A model generated the notes under the pieces. It did not search any database, had not been told where the DNA came from, and was given only the letters and a program-made list of their open reading frames with translations. From an uncultured Enterobacterales bacterium (GTDB lineage: Bacteria > Myxococcota_A > UBA796 > UBA2385), in contig CAZRFD010000021.1 of the NCBI GenBank assembly GCA_964599085.1, positions 7,703-71,702 of the forward strand: a stretch of 64,000 bases of DNA, in the 5' to 3' direction. Made by a program: the position numbers and the translations under genes. This document shows, one piece after another, positions 1 to 9,324 of this stretch (its first letter is position 1; each line of letters starts with the position of its first letter).

Positions 1-426
1 GCGCTGGAGCGCCTCGCCATCGGCGACGCCGTAGACCGGATCTTCATCCGCCTGGAGCGGCGGGTGCCGGCGGTGCGCTTCGCGCCTCTGGGGCCGCGGG
101 TCGTGCCGGTGCACTCCTGGTGGCAGGCAGCTCTCTGCCTGTTCGAAGCCGGGCAGCTCGACGCCGACGGGCTGCTCTCCGTGCTGGACGCCACCCGCAC
201 GGAACGCGGCCTCGATCCCTTCTCGCTGGCCGGGCTCACCCAGGACATCATCCGGCGTGGACACGTCGCGCCGTCCGTGCTCGACGGGGTCGCGCGCCAG
301 GACGAGTGGTTGGGGGCCTGCCGGGTCGCGCTTGACCAGCTCCGCGACCGGGACCACGCGCCGCCGCCCCAGCCGCGCGCCATTGACTACGTCCGGCTGG
401 TGCGCCAGTTCTCCGACAAGGAGTAG
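1..426 (+). CDS. Hypothetical protein, C-terminal part (5' end outside the window)
   Basis: Frame 1 is open from base 1 to TAG at 424-426, with typical high-GC codon usage. Confidence 0.7.
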   Translation, partial: ALERLAIGDAVDRIFIRLERRVPAVRFAPLGPRVVPVHSWWQAALCLFEAGQLDADGLLSVLDATRTERGLDPFSLAGLTQDIIRRGHVAPSVLDGVARQDEWLGACRVALDQLRDRDHAPPPQPRAIDYVRLVRQFSDKE

Positions 427-486
427 AACTCTCGTGCGCGAAATCTGTCGATCGTGTATGACGCGCGTCGCCGCCTCCACTCAGCC

Positions 487-501
487 TGGCACGCGGCTTG
501 C
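487..501 (+). promoter_or_regulatory. Sigma54 (-24/-12) promoter
   Basis: TGGCACG-CGGC-TTGC matches TGGCACG-N4-TTGC exactly. It is intergenic, about 70 bp upstream of an operon encoding a sigma54 activator. Confidence 0.8.
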
Positions 502-573
502 GTCTCGTTGGGCCGCAGGGTGGCCCTCGCTGGGCAGCCGCGCGCCTCTCCTCCTCCCCCGGAACAGCTTGCC

Positions 574-990
574 GTGACCTGGCTCTTCCTCGTCGGCCTC
601 GCCCACGCCGCCCCCCTGGCGCCGGTCCTGCCCGTCGTCGACGCCGACCTCCCGCCCCACGAAGCCTCGGCCACCATCTCGGCGGATGGCAGCTTCACGC
701 TGGTGCTGCTGCCGGAGCGGCCCTGGACGGCGGCCGAGGTGTCCGTTCGTGGTGCGCAGAGCATCGACCTCGGGGCCACCGACGGCAGCGCGCCGATCGA
801 GGTGTCCGGTGTGGTCGACGCGGTCGGGACCCTGTCGATCGAGCTGTGGGTGGTCACGCCGGAAGCCCACGGCGTCGCCTGGACCTTCTCGGTGGATCCG
901 GAGCTGCTCCCGATCGAGCCGCCCGTGATGGCGCCCGCGGCCGAGCGCCGGCGCGGGTGGTGGCCCTTCCGCTCGCGGAGCGGCGCATGA
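574..990 (+). CDS. Small secreted hypothetical protein
   Basis: GTG start, then a signal-peptide-like TWLFLVGLAHA. The stop overlaps the next ATG (ATGA). Confidence 0.65.
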   Translation: MTWLFLVGLAHAAPLAPVLPVVDADLPPHEASATISADGSFTLVLLPERPWTAAEVSVRGAQSIDLGATDGSAPIEVSGVVDAVGTLSIELWVVTPEAHGVAWTFSVDPELLPIEPPVMAPAAERRRGWWPFRSRSGA

Positions 991-1436
991 GCGACGCGGT
1001 GCCGGGTCGCGGTCGGGTCGAAGACCTGCCGCTCGCCCTCCTCGCCGACCTGTTCTCGGAGCTCGTCGACCTCGACCACGATCTCGGAAAGTACATCGGC
1101 CTCCAGACCCGCTTCTGTGGGCTCGATGCGCCGGACGAAGAGCTGCGCGATGCGCTGCGGGCCGACCTGCTGGCAACGCGCCGCCAGGGCGACACGGAGC
1201 TGACCGCCTGGGCGCTGTGGGACGCCCGGCGCCCGGCTTCGCTCGACGACGACCCCCGGGTGCGCCAGCTCGACAGCCTGCTGGCTGACCTGTCCAGGAC
1301 CCGCCTCGATGGCGATCGTGCCTCGCTGCTGGCGGTGGCGGCCCGGGCGGCCGAGGTCCGGCAGGCCTGCCGCGCCCTCGTCGACCTCGCCCGCCAGCGC
1401 CTCGATGCGGCCGGCATGCTCGAGGATGCCTGGTGA
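987..1436 (+). CDS. Small helical protein with an H-box-like motif (HDLGKY); possible phosphotransfer protein
   Basis: ATGA coupling to the previous gene. LDHDLGKYI motif. Lies inside a two-component operon. Confidence 0.65.
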   Translation: MSDAVPGRGRVEDLPLALLADLFSELVDLDHDLGKYIGLQTRFCGLDAPDEELRDALRADLLATRRQGDTELTAWALWDARRPASLDDDPRVRQLDSLLADLSRTRLDGDRASLLAVAARAAEVRQACRALVDLARQRLDAAGMLEDAW

Positions 1437-1497
1437 CCCGTGGACCGACCCAGACAGCGCTGCTGTCCGTGTTCCCGACCCGCCGCCTGGAGGCAAC

Positions 1498-3132
1498 GTG
1501 GCCGACATCCTCGTGATCGACGACCAGGACCGGACGCTGCAGCTCTGCCAGCGCGCGATGCCGGAACACCGCTGGCACGGTCCGGCGCGGAGCTGGCGGC
1601 AAGCCAACGACGCGTTGAAGTCGCTCCGCGGACGGGTCGACCTCGCCCTCCTCGACATCCACTTCGACATCCCGGCCGAAGAGCTGCTGGGGCTGCCCGA
1701 CGATCCCGAGCCGCGGGATGTGCGGCGGGCCCAGCGGCGACAGGGCACGGAGATCCTCGCCGCCCTGCGTCGCGGCCGCCCCGACCTGCCGGTCGTGCTG
1801 ATGACCGCGCGGGGTGGGGTCGGGCTGGAGCAGGCGGCCGACCGCCACGGCGCCGAGGAGTACACCTACTTCCTGGACAACGAAGACATCGACGCCCGCA
1901 GCCTGCGGGCCCAGGTCGAGGGGATCCTCCGGGCCCGGCGGGGGACCCTCGCCGACGGGCCGATCTACTGGGGCCGCTCGCTGCAGATGCGGCGGATCCG
2001 CCAGCGGCTGGTCACCCTGGCCCGCGGGCGGCTGCCGGTGATCCTCGGCGGCCCGACGGGCACCGGAAAGAGCCTCGTGGCACGCCACTTCGTCCACCCG
2101 CGCAGCGGCCGGCGCGGCAAGTTCGTGGCGGTGGATCTGGCGACCCTGCCCCGCGATCTCATGGCCGCCCACCTGTTCGGCAGCGTGCGCGGCGCGTACA
2201 CCGGCAGCGTCGCCGATCGGCGGGGTGCCTTCGAGGAAGCCGACGGGGGCACGCTCTTCCTCGACGAGATCGGCAACCTCTCCGAGGAGATGCAGCGCAT
2301 GCTGCTGACCGTGCTCCAGGAGGGGGCCGTCACCCGCCTGGGCGACACCCGGGAGCGGAAGGTCGACGTCAAGCTGGTCGTCGCCACGAACGAGGACCTC
2401 TCGCAGCTCGTCCGAAGGGGGCGCTTCCGAGCCGATCTCTACATGCGGCTGAACCCGGCGTGCAACGTGGCGCTGCCTCCGCTGCGCGAGCGCAGCGGCG
2501 ACCTCGACCGCCTGCTGCTGTTCTGTGCGGAGCGCTCGCTGTCCCAGGACCACGTGCTGGAGCTGGCCAGCGAGTACCGGGACGCCGTCGGGCTGGGCGC
2601 GGGCGACGTCGCGGTGGTGGTGGGGGATGAGGTGCCGGACCCGGTCGCGGGCCGGCTGGTGCTGTACTTCCCCGAGCGGAGCGTGGCGCTGCTGCGGCGC
2701 TACCGATGGCCCGGCAACCTGCGCGAGCTGGCCATGACCGCCGAGAACGCCCTGACCTTCAGCCTCGCCGAAGCCGCGTCGGCCGGCGCGGCCCCCGGGC
2801 GTCGCGGGCGCGCCGCAGAGACGCGCGCCGATGTCGTCCAGGTCCGACCCAAGCTGGTGCGCGACCTGCTGCTCGCCGTCGGGGGGCTGGACGAGGGGCC
2901 CGACGAGGGGGGCTGGCAGGTCGAGGTGCGCGTGCGTCCCAACGCCGGGCTCAACAAGGTGGCCCAGGACGTGGAGCGCCAGTACTTCACGCGGCTCTAC
3001 CTGCAGGAGCGCGGCGACTTCGCGGCCATGGCCACGGTGCTCATGGGAGACCCGGACCACGCCCGGAAGGTGCAGCTCCGCTTCAACCAGCTCGGGCTCA
3101 AGGTCCGAGAGCTCAAGGACCAGCTTGCATAG
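1498..3132 (+). CDS. Sigma54-dependent response regulator (receiver + AAA+ bEBP)
   Basis: GGAGG RBS before GTG. Motifs ILVIDD, Walker A GPTGTGKS, GAYTGS, LFLDEIG, FRADLYMRL and WPGNLREL. Confidence 0.93.
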   Translation: MADILVIDDQDRTLQLCQRAMPEHRWHGPARSWRQANDALKSLRGRVDLALLDIHFDIPAEELLGLPDDPEPRDVRRAQRRQGTEILAALRRGRPDLPVVLMTARGGVGLEQAADRHGAEEYTYFLDNEDIDARSLRAQVEGILRARRGTLADGPIYWGRSLQMRRIRQRLVTLARGRLPVILGGPTGTGKSLVARHFVHPRSGRRGKFVAVDLATLPRDLMAAHLFGSVRGAYTGSVADRRGAFEEADGGTLFLDEIGNLSEEMQRMLLTVLQEGAVTRLGDTRERKVDVKLVVATNEDLSQLVRRGRFRADLYMRLNPACNVALPPLRERSGDLDRLLLFCAERSLSQDHVLELASEYRDAVGLGAGDVAVVVGDEVPDPVAGRLVLYFPERSVALLRRYRWPGNLRELAMTAENALTFSLAEAASAGAAPGRRGRAAETRADVVQVRPKLVRDLLLAVGGLDEGPDEGGWQVEVRVRPNAGLNKVAQDVERQYFTRLYLQERGDFAAMATVLMGDPDHARKVQLRFNQLGLKVRELKDQLA

Positions 3133-5836
3133 TGCATCTCGAGCCGCGCTGGTCGGCCTGCTGCTGACCACGGCCGGGCCGGCGTGGGCGGACCCGCGCG
3201 ACAGCCTGGATCCGGCGGCCCGCCAGCACTACGACACGGCGCTGGCGGCCGAGGCGTCGGGCAGGCCCAAGCGGGCGGCGGCGGCGTGGCGCCTGGTGCT
3301 GGCCAGCGACCCGGCCTTCGAGCCGGCGGTCCTGGGGCTCGGGCGGGCCCAGCTCGCCATGGGGGACGAAGCCGCGGCGGCGAAGACCTGGAGCCGCCTG
3401 TCGACGGACCCCGACGCGGTCGAGGCCCTGGCGAGGCTGGTCGAGGACGAGGACCCCGAGCGGGCGGCGGCGCTCTACCGCCGCCTGACGACGCTGCGCC
3501 TGGGCGACCCCGATCCCCATCGCCTGCTGGCGCGCGTGCTGGCGAGCAGCGAGCCCGAAGCCGCAGCCGACGAGCTGGAGCTGTGGCTCGGCATGGTGTC
3601 GGGCACGACGGAGGGCGAGGGCTACGGCGAGACCATGGTGGCCGTGGCCCAGGCGCTCCGCGATGCCGGGGACGAGGAGCGGGCCCGCGGCCTGCTGGAG
3701 CGCTACCTGCTGGAGTGGCCCGAGGGTCGGCACGCCGACGAGGTCCACGGGCGGCTCGACCGCATGGCGGTGGAGATCGCGGCGCGGGAGCTGGCGGTGG
3801 GTGCGAGCCAGGCGCTCTCGGCCGAGCTTCGGGCCCGGGTGGAGGGGGCGCGCCGCCGGGCCGCCGCCGGCCAGCTCGAGCCCGCGCTGGCCGAGCTGCG
3901 CGAGGTCGTCCAGGCCGCCCCCCGGGCGGCGGAGGCCTGGGGAGCACTCGGCGACGTGCACCGGCTGCTCGGTCGGGTGGACGAAGCGGAACGCGCCTAT
4001 GCCTGGGCTGCGGCGCTGGCCCCGGACGAGGCCACCTGGCACGCCCGCCTCGGCCTGCTGCTGGCCGACCGCTACGGTGGTCGACGCGACCGGGAAGCCG
4101 ACGAGCTGCTCAGCCGGGCGCTCGCCCTGCGGCCCGGCTGGGCCGAGCTGGCCTGGCGCCAGGGAGAAGTGCGGCAGGCGCTGCAGGACTGGGACGGTGC
4201 GGCGGCTGCCTACCGGCAGTACCTCGAACTCGATCCCGACGGTGCCTTCGCCACGGACGCGCGGCAGCGGGTCGCCGACCTGGAGCGAGCCCCTCCCGCG
4301 CCGGCCGCCCTGCCGTCGACCGCGCCTCCGCCGACGGACCTTCCCACTGAAGCCGTCGAGCACTACCGGATCGCCCGCGTCTACTGGGATCAGGGTCAGC
4401 TCGACGAGAGCCGCGCCGAGCTCGAACAGAGCCTGGCCCTGGCGCCGGACTGGACCGCCGGGCTCAACCTGCGGGCGGCCCTGGACATGAGCGCAGGCGA
4501 CGAAGAAGCGGCGGTCGCGGCCTGGCGGCGGTCGCTGGAGCTCGATCCTGCCCAGCCCCTCGTCCTGCTCAACCTCGGGGACCGGCTGCGGAGGGCCGGA
4601 CAGGACGAGCAGGCCCGGGCGCTGCTGCAGGCGGCGGCCGAGGGCGGGGCAGGCGACGCCTGGGTGCTGCTGGCGCAGATGGCCTGGGAGGAGCACCGTC
4701 TGTGGCAGGCGCGGCGTTACCTCGATCACTACGCCGCCACGCCGAGCGTCGGGATGGGACAGGAGGCGGCGTCGGGGCTGCGCCAGCGTGTGGAGCAGCG
4801 GATCCGGCTCGTCCAGGCGGGAGTGGGGGGGCTGTCGGGCCTGTTGGTGGTGGGCGGCCTGGGCCTCGTCCTCCGGCGGCGCTCGGGCAAGCCGCTGTCG
4901 GCGCTGCTGGCGCAGGCACCCGAGGTCAGCCATGACCTCGCGCGGCTGCTCTCCGCGATCCGGCACGAGGTCATCAAGCACAACACGACGCTGCTCGACG
5001 AGGTCGCCGACGCGCTCGACAACGGCGATCACCACGCCGTGCGCTGGGCGGCCATCCAGCTCTTCGGCCCGCGGCGCGGCTCCAGCGAGGGCGTGGTCGC
5101 CCGCTTCGACGGCTACCTGAAGGCGGTCGAGCGCCTGGGCCGCACCCACGGCGTGCGCCTCGATCTCCGGCGGAACGACCCGACGCTCGCGCCGATGTGG
5201 GCGGCCATGCGGCGGCTGCGACGCCTGGAGCCGGCGCTGCGCAGGCCGGAGGGGGCGCGGGCGGCGCTGGCCGAAGAGCTCCGCGAGCTCTCCGTCATCC
5301 TCAACCAGCGCGGCTACCGCCAGCTCGGCGAGCGCGTCCGCGAGATGGGCAGCCTGCGGCTGTCGGCCGACATCCTGGCTGCCGTCGACGAGCGCGTGCG
5401 GGGAGAGCCCGGCTTCGAGGGTGTCGCCCTGCCCGCCCTCGACCTGCGCCTGCCCGAGGGCCCGCCCGTCCCGGTCAAGGTGTTCCGGGGTGACCTGGAC
5501 GACATCGTGGCCAACCTGCTGCGCAACGCCTACCGCGCCGTCGTCGCCGACCTCGACGACGGGCTCCGCCGCGTGGGGATCACGGTGCGGGAGGAGGAGG
5601 ATCCCATCACCGGGCTCGAGCAGGTCCTGATCGAGGTGCGCGACAACGCCGCGGGCCAGCTCACCGACGCGCTCATCCACAGCCGGGGCATCGGCCGCGG
5701 CCTGGGCCTCGTGGTCGACCTCGTCACCCGCCACGACGGGTCGATCCGCGTGGCGACGCTCCAGCCGGGCACGACCGGCTACACCAAGGCCGTCGTCGTC
5801 CAGCTTCCCCGCGCCGACCTGGAGCCCGAGGCATGA
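3125..5836 (+). CDS. TPR-repeat membrane sensor histidine kinase (atypical)
   Basis: Signal peptide, many TPRs, one TM helix and a candidate H-box RHEVIKH. HATPase boxes NLLRNA, DNAAG and GRGLGL. TTG start inferred. Confidence 0.85.
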   Translation: MHSASRAALVGLLLTTAGPAWADPRDSLDPAARQHYDTALAAEASGRPKRAAAAWRLVLASDPAFEPAVLGLGRAQLAMGDEAAAAKTWSRLSTDPDAVEALARLVEDEDPERAAALYRRLTTLRLGDPDPHRLLARVLASSEPEAAADELELWLGMVSGTTEGEGYGETMVAVAQALRDAGDEERARGLLERYLLEWPEGRHADEVHGRLDRMAVEIAARELAVGASQALSAELRARVEGARRRAAAGQLEPALAELREVVQAAPRAAEAWGALGDVHRLLGRVDEAERAYAWAAALAPDEATWHARLGLLLADRYGGRRDREADELLSRALALRPGWAELAWRQGEVRQALQDWDGAAAAYRQYLELDPDGAFATDARQRVADLERAPPAPAALPSTAPPPTDLPTEAVEHYRIARVYWDQGQLDESRAELEQSLALAPDWTAGLNLRAALDMSAGDEEAAVAAWRRSLELDPAQPLVLLNLGDRLRRAGQDEQARALLQAAAEGGAGDAWVLLAQMAWEEHRLWQARRYLDHYAATPSVGMGQEAASGLRQRVEQRIRLVQAGVGGLSGLLVVGGLGLVLRRRSGKPLSALLAQAPEVSHDLARLLSAIRHEVIKHNTTLLDEVADALDNGDHHAVRWAAIQLFGPRRGSSEGVVARFDGYLKAVERLGRTHGVRLDLRRNDPTLAPMWAAMRRLRRLEPALRRPEGARAALAEELRELSVILNQRGYRQLGERVREMGSLRLSADILAAVDERVRGEPGFEGVALPALDLRLPEGPPVPVKVFRGDLDDIVANLLRNAYRAVVADLDDGLRRVGITVREEEDPITGLEQVLIEVRDNAAGQLTDALIHSRGIGRGLGLVVDLVTRHDGSIRVATLQPGTTGYTKAVVVQLPRADLEPEA

Positions 5837-6300
5837 CCGGCCCGCCGACCGCTGTCCGTCCCACCGTGCTCGTCGTCGAGGACGGCCACGAGTACATCAC
5901 GAACCTGCAGCGCTTCCTCTCCGACGAGTTCGCCTTTTCGCGGGCGGGGGACGGTGCGGAGGCGCTCCGGCTGCTCGCTGCCCGGAACTTCGACGCCATC
6001 TTCCTCGACATGCGCTTCGATCGCGCCGACGTCCTGCTGGGCGACCTCGACGCGCTCATCGAGCGCTTCGCCGGCGATCACGACCGGGCGCGGCGCTTCC
6101 TCGAGGACCACCAGGGCACCTACGTGCTCGCGGCGCTGCGGCAGGCCGGCTTCGACCAGCCGGCCCTGTTCAGCCACGACTTCGACGCCGCACCGCGGCG
6201 CTTCCAGAACCTGCAGCGGCGCTACGGCCCGCTCAGCTACCTGGTGGACGCCGCGGGACCGTCCGAGATCCGGGCGGCGCTGCGTGAGCTTGTCGGTTGA
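5833..6300 (+). CDS. Single-domain response regulator (atypical)
   Basis: VLVVED, AGDGAEAL and FDAIFLD motifs. ATGA overlap with the kinase. Confidence 0.85.
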   Translation: MTGPPTAVRPTVLVVEDGHEYITNLQRFLSDEFAFSRAGDGAEALRLLAARNFDAIFLDMRFDRADVLLGDLDALIERFAGDHDRARRFLEDHQGTYVLAALRQAGFDQPALFSHDFDAAPRRFQNLQRRYGPLSYLVDAAGPSEIRAALRELVG

Positions 6301-6539
6301 ACGGCCGGGCCCGCGTGACGGGTCCCGCGCGGCGGCGGGAACCGCGGGTGCCACCGATGACATCGATGGGGTGGGCGTCTTCGCAACGCTGCGACAAGCT
6401 CTTACCGGGCTTGCCTAATTGGGGGGATGGGGCATTCGGCCGAGGTGCGTTCTACTCATGTTGCGCCGAGCGAGCCTCGCCGACTCACCGGCCCTGAGAC
6501 CTCGGAGCGCACGTCCGGTGGCGTGCGAGGGGGAGGACC

Positions 6540-7448
6540 ATGTCCGCATTGCCGAGCCTGTCGCTGTCTCCCGGGTCTCCCTACTCGTCGGGCGGCGGGC
6601 GCAACAAGGGGGCCCGCCGCCCTGCGGGGCACACCGTCCCCGTGCGGGTGGTGAGCCTGCTCGACGACACCGAGGGGCGCTGCTGCCACCTCATCTGCTG
6701 CGAGCAGACCTGGACGGCCGCCGTCGTCGACCCCCTGCCCGAGCTGGCCGGTGAGATCGCCGCGATCATCGCGGCGCGCGGTCTGCGGCTGCGGCTGGTG
6801 TTGCGCACCGGCGTTGCCGGCCCGCAGGCCGAGTCCTCTCGCCGCTACCGCAGCCTCATCAGCGATCTCGGGCTGGACGCCGCACCGGCCGGCGGCGGCC
6901 CGGCCCGCGACGCCACCACGCTGCCCTGGGCGGGCCTGCCGGAGGTCGCGCCCCTGGGCCGGACCTCCGCGGACGGACTCATCGAGGTCCAGGCCGGTCC
7001 CGTCCGGGTGCGGCTGGCTCTGGACGGGCAGGGGGGCCCCCTCGTCACCGTCGGCGGTGCTGCACCGCGGCCACCGGTCGGCGCACGGGTGCGCGGGCTC
7101 CGCGCGGCGCTGGGTGCCTTCCATGTCCGGGCGGTCGCGCTGGGCAGCGGCCAGGGGCTGGCGTGGACTGTCGCCGATCGCGTCTTCTCCGGCACCTGCC
7201 TGCGCGGTGGCAGTCACGGCGGCACGCCCGATGTCCTCCTGCAGCTCCCGGTCGAGACCCTGGTGTACCCGTCGCTCATGTCGCGCGGACGGACCATCTC
7301 CACGGTCGGTGAGGAGCGCCGCATCACGGCCGCCACCCCGACCCCGGCCACCGGCCGAAAGCTGCCCGTGCGGCACCTGCGGACCGCTTCGCAGCCCACC
7401 CGCCATCTGCGCGTCCACGCGGACGCCTCCGGCCACGAAGAGCCCTGA
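6540..7448 (+). CDS. Degenerate MBL-fold protein resembling persulfide dioxygenase (ETHE1 family), metal ligands absent
   Basis: GGAGG RBS. AAVVDP, RVFSG, LPVETLVYP and STVGEERR follow the ETHE1 layout, but the THxHxDH position reads TGVAGPQ. Confidence 0.6.
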   Translation: MSALPSLSLSPGSPYSSGGGRNKGARRPAGHTVPVRVVSLLDDTEGRCCHLICCEQTWTAAVVDPLPELAGEIAAIIAARGLRLRLVLRTGVAGPQAESSRRYRSLISDLGLDAAPAGGGPARDATTLPWAGLPEVAPLGRTSADGLIEVQAGPVRVRLALDGQGGPLVTVGGAAPRPPVGARVRGLRAALGAFHVRAVALGSGQGLAWTVADRVFSGTCLRGGSHGGTPDVLLQLPVETLVYPSLMSRGRTISTVGEERRITAATPTPATGRKLPVRHLRTASQPTRHLRVHADASGHEEP

Positions 7449-7563
7449 GCTCGCTGGCGCCGTGTCGGCGCCGGCGCTCCACGGCGCACGCCGAGGCGAG
7501 CCCCGCCCTCCCCCCACTCCCATCCCCCCAGACCTCCCGCACCGTCCAGCACAGAGGCGCTCT

Positions 7564-8172
7564 ATGGCCCGCATCCACCACGGTTCCGGTCTGCTCACCG
7601 TCAAGATCGTCTACTACGGCCCCGGGCTGTCGGGGAAGACCACGAACCTGCAGTGGTTGCACGAGGCCTACCCGCCCGACACGCGCGGCGACCTCGTGAA
7701 GCTGGACACCGAGACCGAGCGCACACTGTTCTTCGACTACTTCCCGGCGTCGCTGGGGACGATCGGTCGGTACCGGGTCAAGGCCAACTTCTTCACGGTG
7801 CCGGGCCAGTCCTTCTACAACGCCACCCGGCGGACGGTCCTGGCAGGTGCCGACGGCATCGTCTTCGTCGCCGACAGCAGCGCCGCGCGGGAAGAAGCCA
7901 ACCTCGTCTCCTTCTCCAACCTCGAGCAGAACCTCGTCTCCGCCGGGCGCGACCTGGACACCCTGCCGCTGGTCATGCAGTACAACAAGCAGGACCTGCC
8001 CGACGCCATGCCCGTGCGGTTGCTGCAGCGGCTGCTCAACAGGCGCCAGGCCCCCGAGGTGCCGGCGGTCGCCACGCGGGGCGAGGGTGTCTGGGAGACC
8101 CAGGCGCTGGTCTTGCAGGGCGTGATGGCACAGCTCCGGGACCACGCGCAGCGGGGTCGTGTCGGTGCCTGA
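7564..8172 (+). CDS. mglA: MglA-family small GTPase (probably a paralog of the motility MglA)
   Basis: KIVYYGPGLSGKTTNL, ERTLFFD, TVPGQ, GADGIVFVADS and NKQD. Confidence 0.93.
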   Translation: MARIHHGSGLLTVKIVYYGPGLSGKTTNLQWLHEAYPPDTRGDLVKLDTETERTLFFDYFPASLGTIGRYRVKANFFTVPGQSFYNATRRTVLAGADGIVFVADSSAAREEANLVSFSNLEQNLVSAGRDLDTLPLVMQYNKQDLPDAMPVRLLQRLLNRRQAPEVPAVATRGEGVWETQALVLQGVMAQLRDHAQRGRVGA

Positions 8173-8935
8173 GATCCTGTCGGGAACGCTGGGGGCGGTG
8201 GGGCTGCCCTCGCTGCTCCAGCTCCTGGAGGGCGAGGGCTTGACCGGACGGCTCCGCGTCGAGGGCGCCGGAGAGCTGCGGCTGGTCGACGGGGTCCCGG
8301 TCGGAGGGGAGTGCGAGGGGCACGAGGGCCGCCTGGCCGCGCTGGAGCTGTTCACCATCGACGCGCGCACCTTCTCCTTCGAGACCGCCCCCGTGGCGAC
8401 CGCGGCGCCGCTCGGAGCGATGATCGAGCTGATCATGGAGGGCTGTCGGCTCGCCGACGAGTGGGCACGCCTGGCGCGTTGCCCGGTGGTTCGCGGACCG
8501 AAGGGGGCGGAGGGCGTCCTCGGGCGACTGCTGGCGGGATGCGCGGCGGGGGTCCCGCTGGAGCGCGCGCGCCGCCGCACTGGGCTCGCGCGCGTCGCCT
8601 GCGTCGACCCGGTCCTCACGGCCGTGGAGAACGGCGACCTGGATCTCGGGGCTGCGCAGGAGCTGCCCGTCGATCTGCTGGCGCCGCAGCAGGCGGCGCC
8701 GACCGCTCTGCGGTCCGCCCCTGCGGCGCCGCCTGTCGACTACTACGAGGCTGTGGAGACCGGGCGGGAGCGCCTGCGCGCCCGGGACTTCGACGCCGCC
8801 GAGCAGGCCTTCCTGCAAGCGCTCAGCGTGCGCCCCGATGACCGGGTGGCCCGCCAGAACCTCACACGTGTCCGCCAGCTCCGCGACGAGCAGGCGGCCA
8901 GCCGAACCGCCACCGAGACGCGGAGTACGTCATGA
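8159..8935 (+). CDS. DUF4388/PATAN-like domain protein with a C-terminal TPR
   Basis: LSGTL..LPSLLQLL..TGRL, FSFE and LIMEGCRLADEW match the DUF4388 pattern. Single TPR at the end. Confidence 0.8.
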   Translation: MSVPEILSGTLGAVGLPSLLQLLEGEGLTGRLRVEGAGELRLVDGVPVGGECEGHEGRLAALELFTIDARTFSFETAPVATAAPLGAMIELIMEGCRLADEWARLARCPVVRGPKGAEGVLGRLLAGCAAGVPLERARRRTGLARVACVDPVLTAVENGDLDLGAAQELPVDLLAPQQAAPTALRSAPAAPPVDYYEAVETGRERLRARDFDAAEQAFLQALSVRPDDRVARQNLTRVRQLRDEQAASRTATETRSTS

Positions 8936-9324
8936 GCCTTGGTCTCCAGGAACAGATGAACGGCCTGCTGCGCGAGCTGGTCGCCGACGCCGGCTACAGC
9001 CTGGCCCTGGTCTGCACCGACGAGGGGCTGCTGGTCGCGAGCTCGACCGACGACTTCGACAGCGAGGAGCTGGCAGGTCTGACGGGCCTCTTTGACGACA
9101 TCGTGCTCCGTGCCCAGCGTGATCTCCACATGGAGCGGGTCGACGAGGTGACGATGCTCGATCCCGGTCGCGGGCGCCTCGTCGTGCGCCCGCTGCGCAT
9201 CGATGGGCCCCAGCGCTTCTTCCTCGTCGTGCGGATCCCCGCGCGCGCCACCTGGCGGCGCAACACCAACCGGCTCGGCCGGACCCTCGTCGGGCTCCTG
9301 CAGCCGGCGGTGCTGGAGGCATGA
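8932..9324 (+). CDS. Roadblock/LC7 (MglB-like) protein
   Basis: 130 aa with LVCTDEGLLVAS..EELAG. Coupled within the MglA operon. Confidence 0.8.
   Translation: MSLGLQEQMNGLLRELVADAGYSLALVCTDEGLLVASSTDDFDSEELAGLTGLFDDIVLRAQRDLHMERVDEVTMLDPGRGRLVVRPLRIDGPQRFFLVVRIPARATWRRNTNRLGRTLVGLLQPAVLEA

Noticed and set aside
481-5734. Long minus-strand ORFs (481-3171, 3113-5734)
   Set aside because: They are antisense shadows of well-supported plus-strand genes, which is expected at this GC content, and they carry no motifs.
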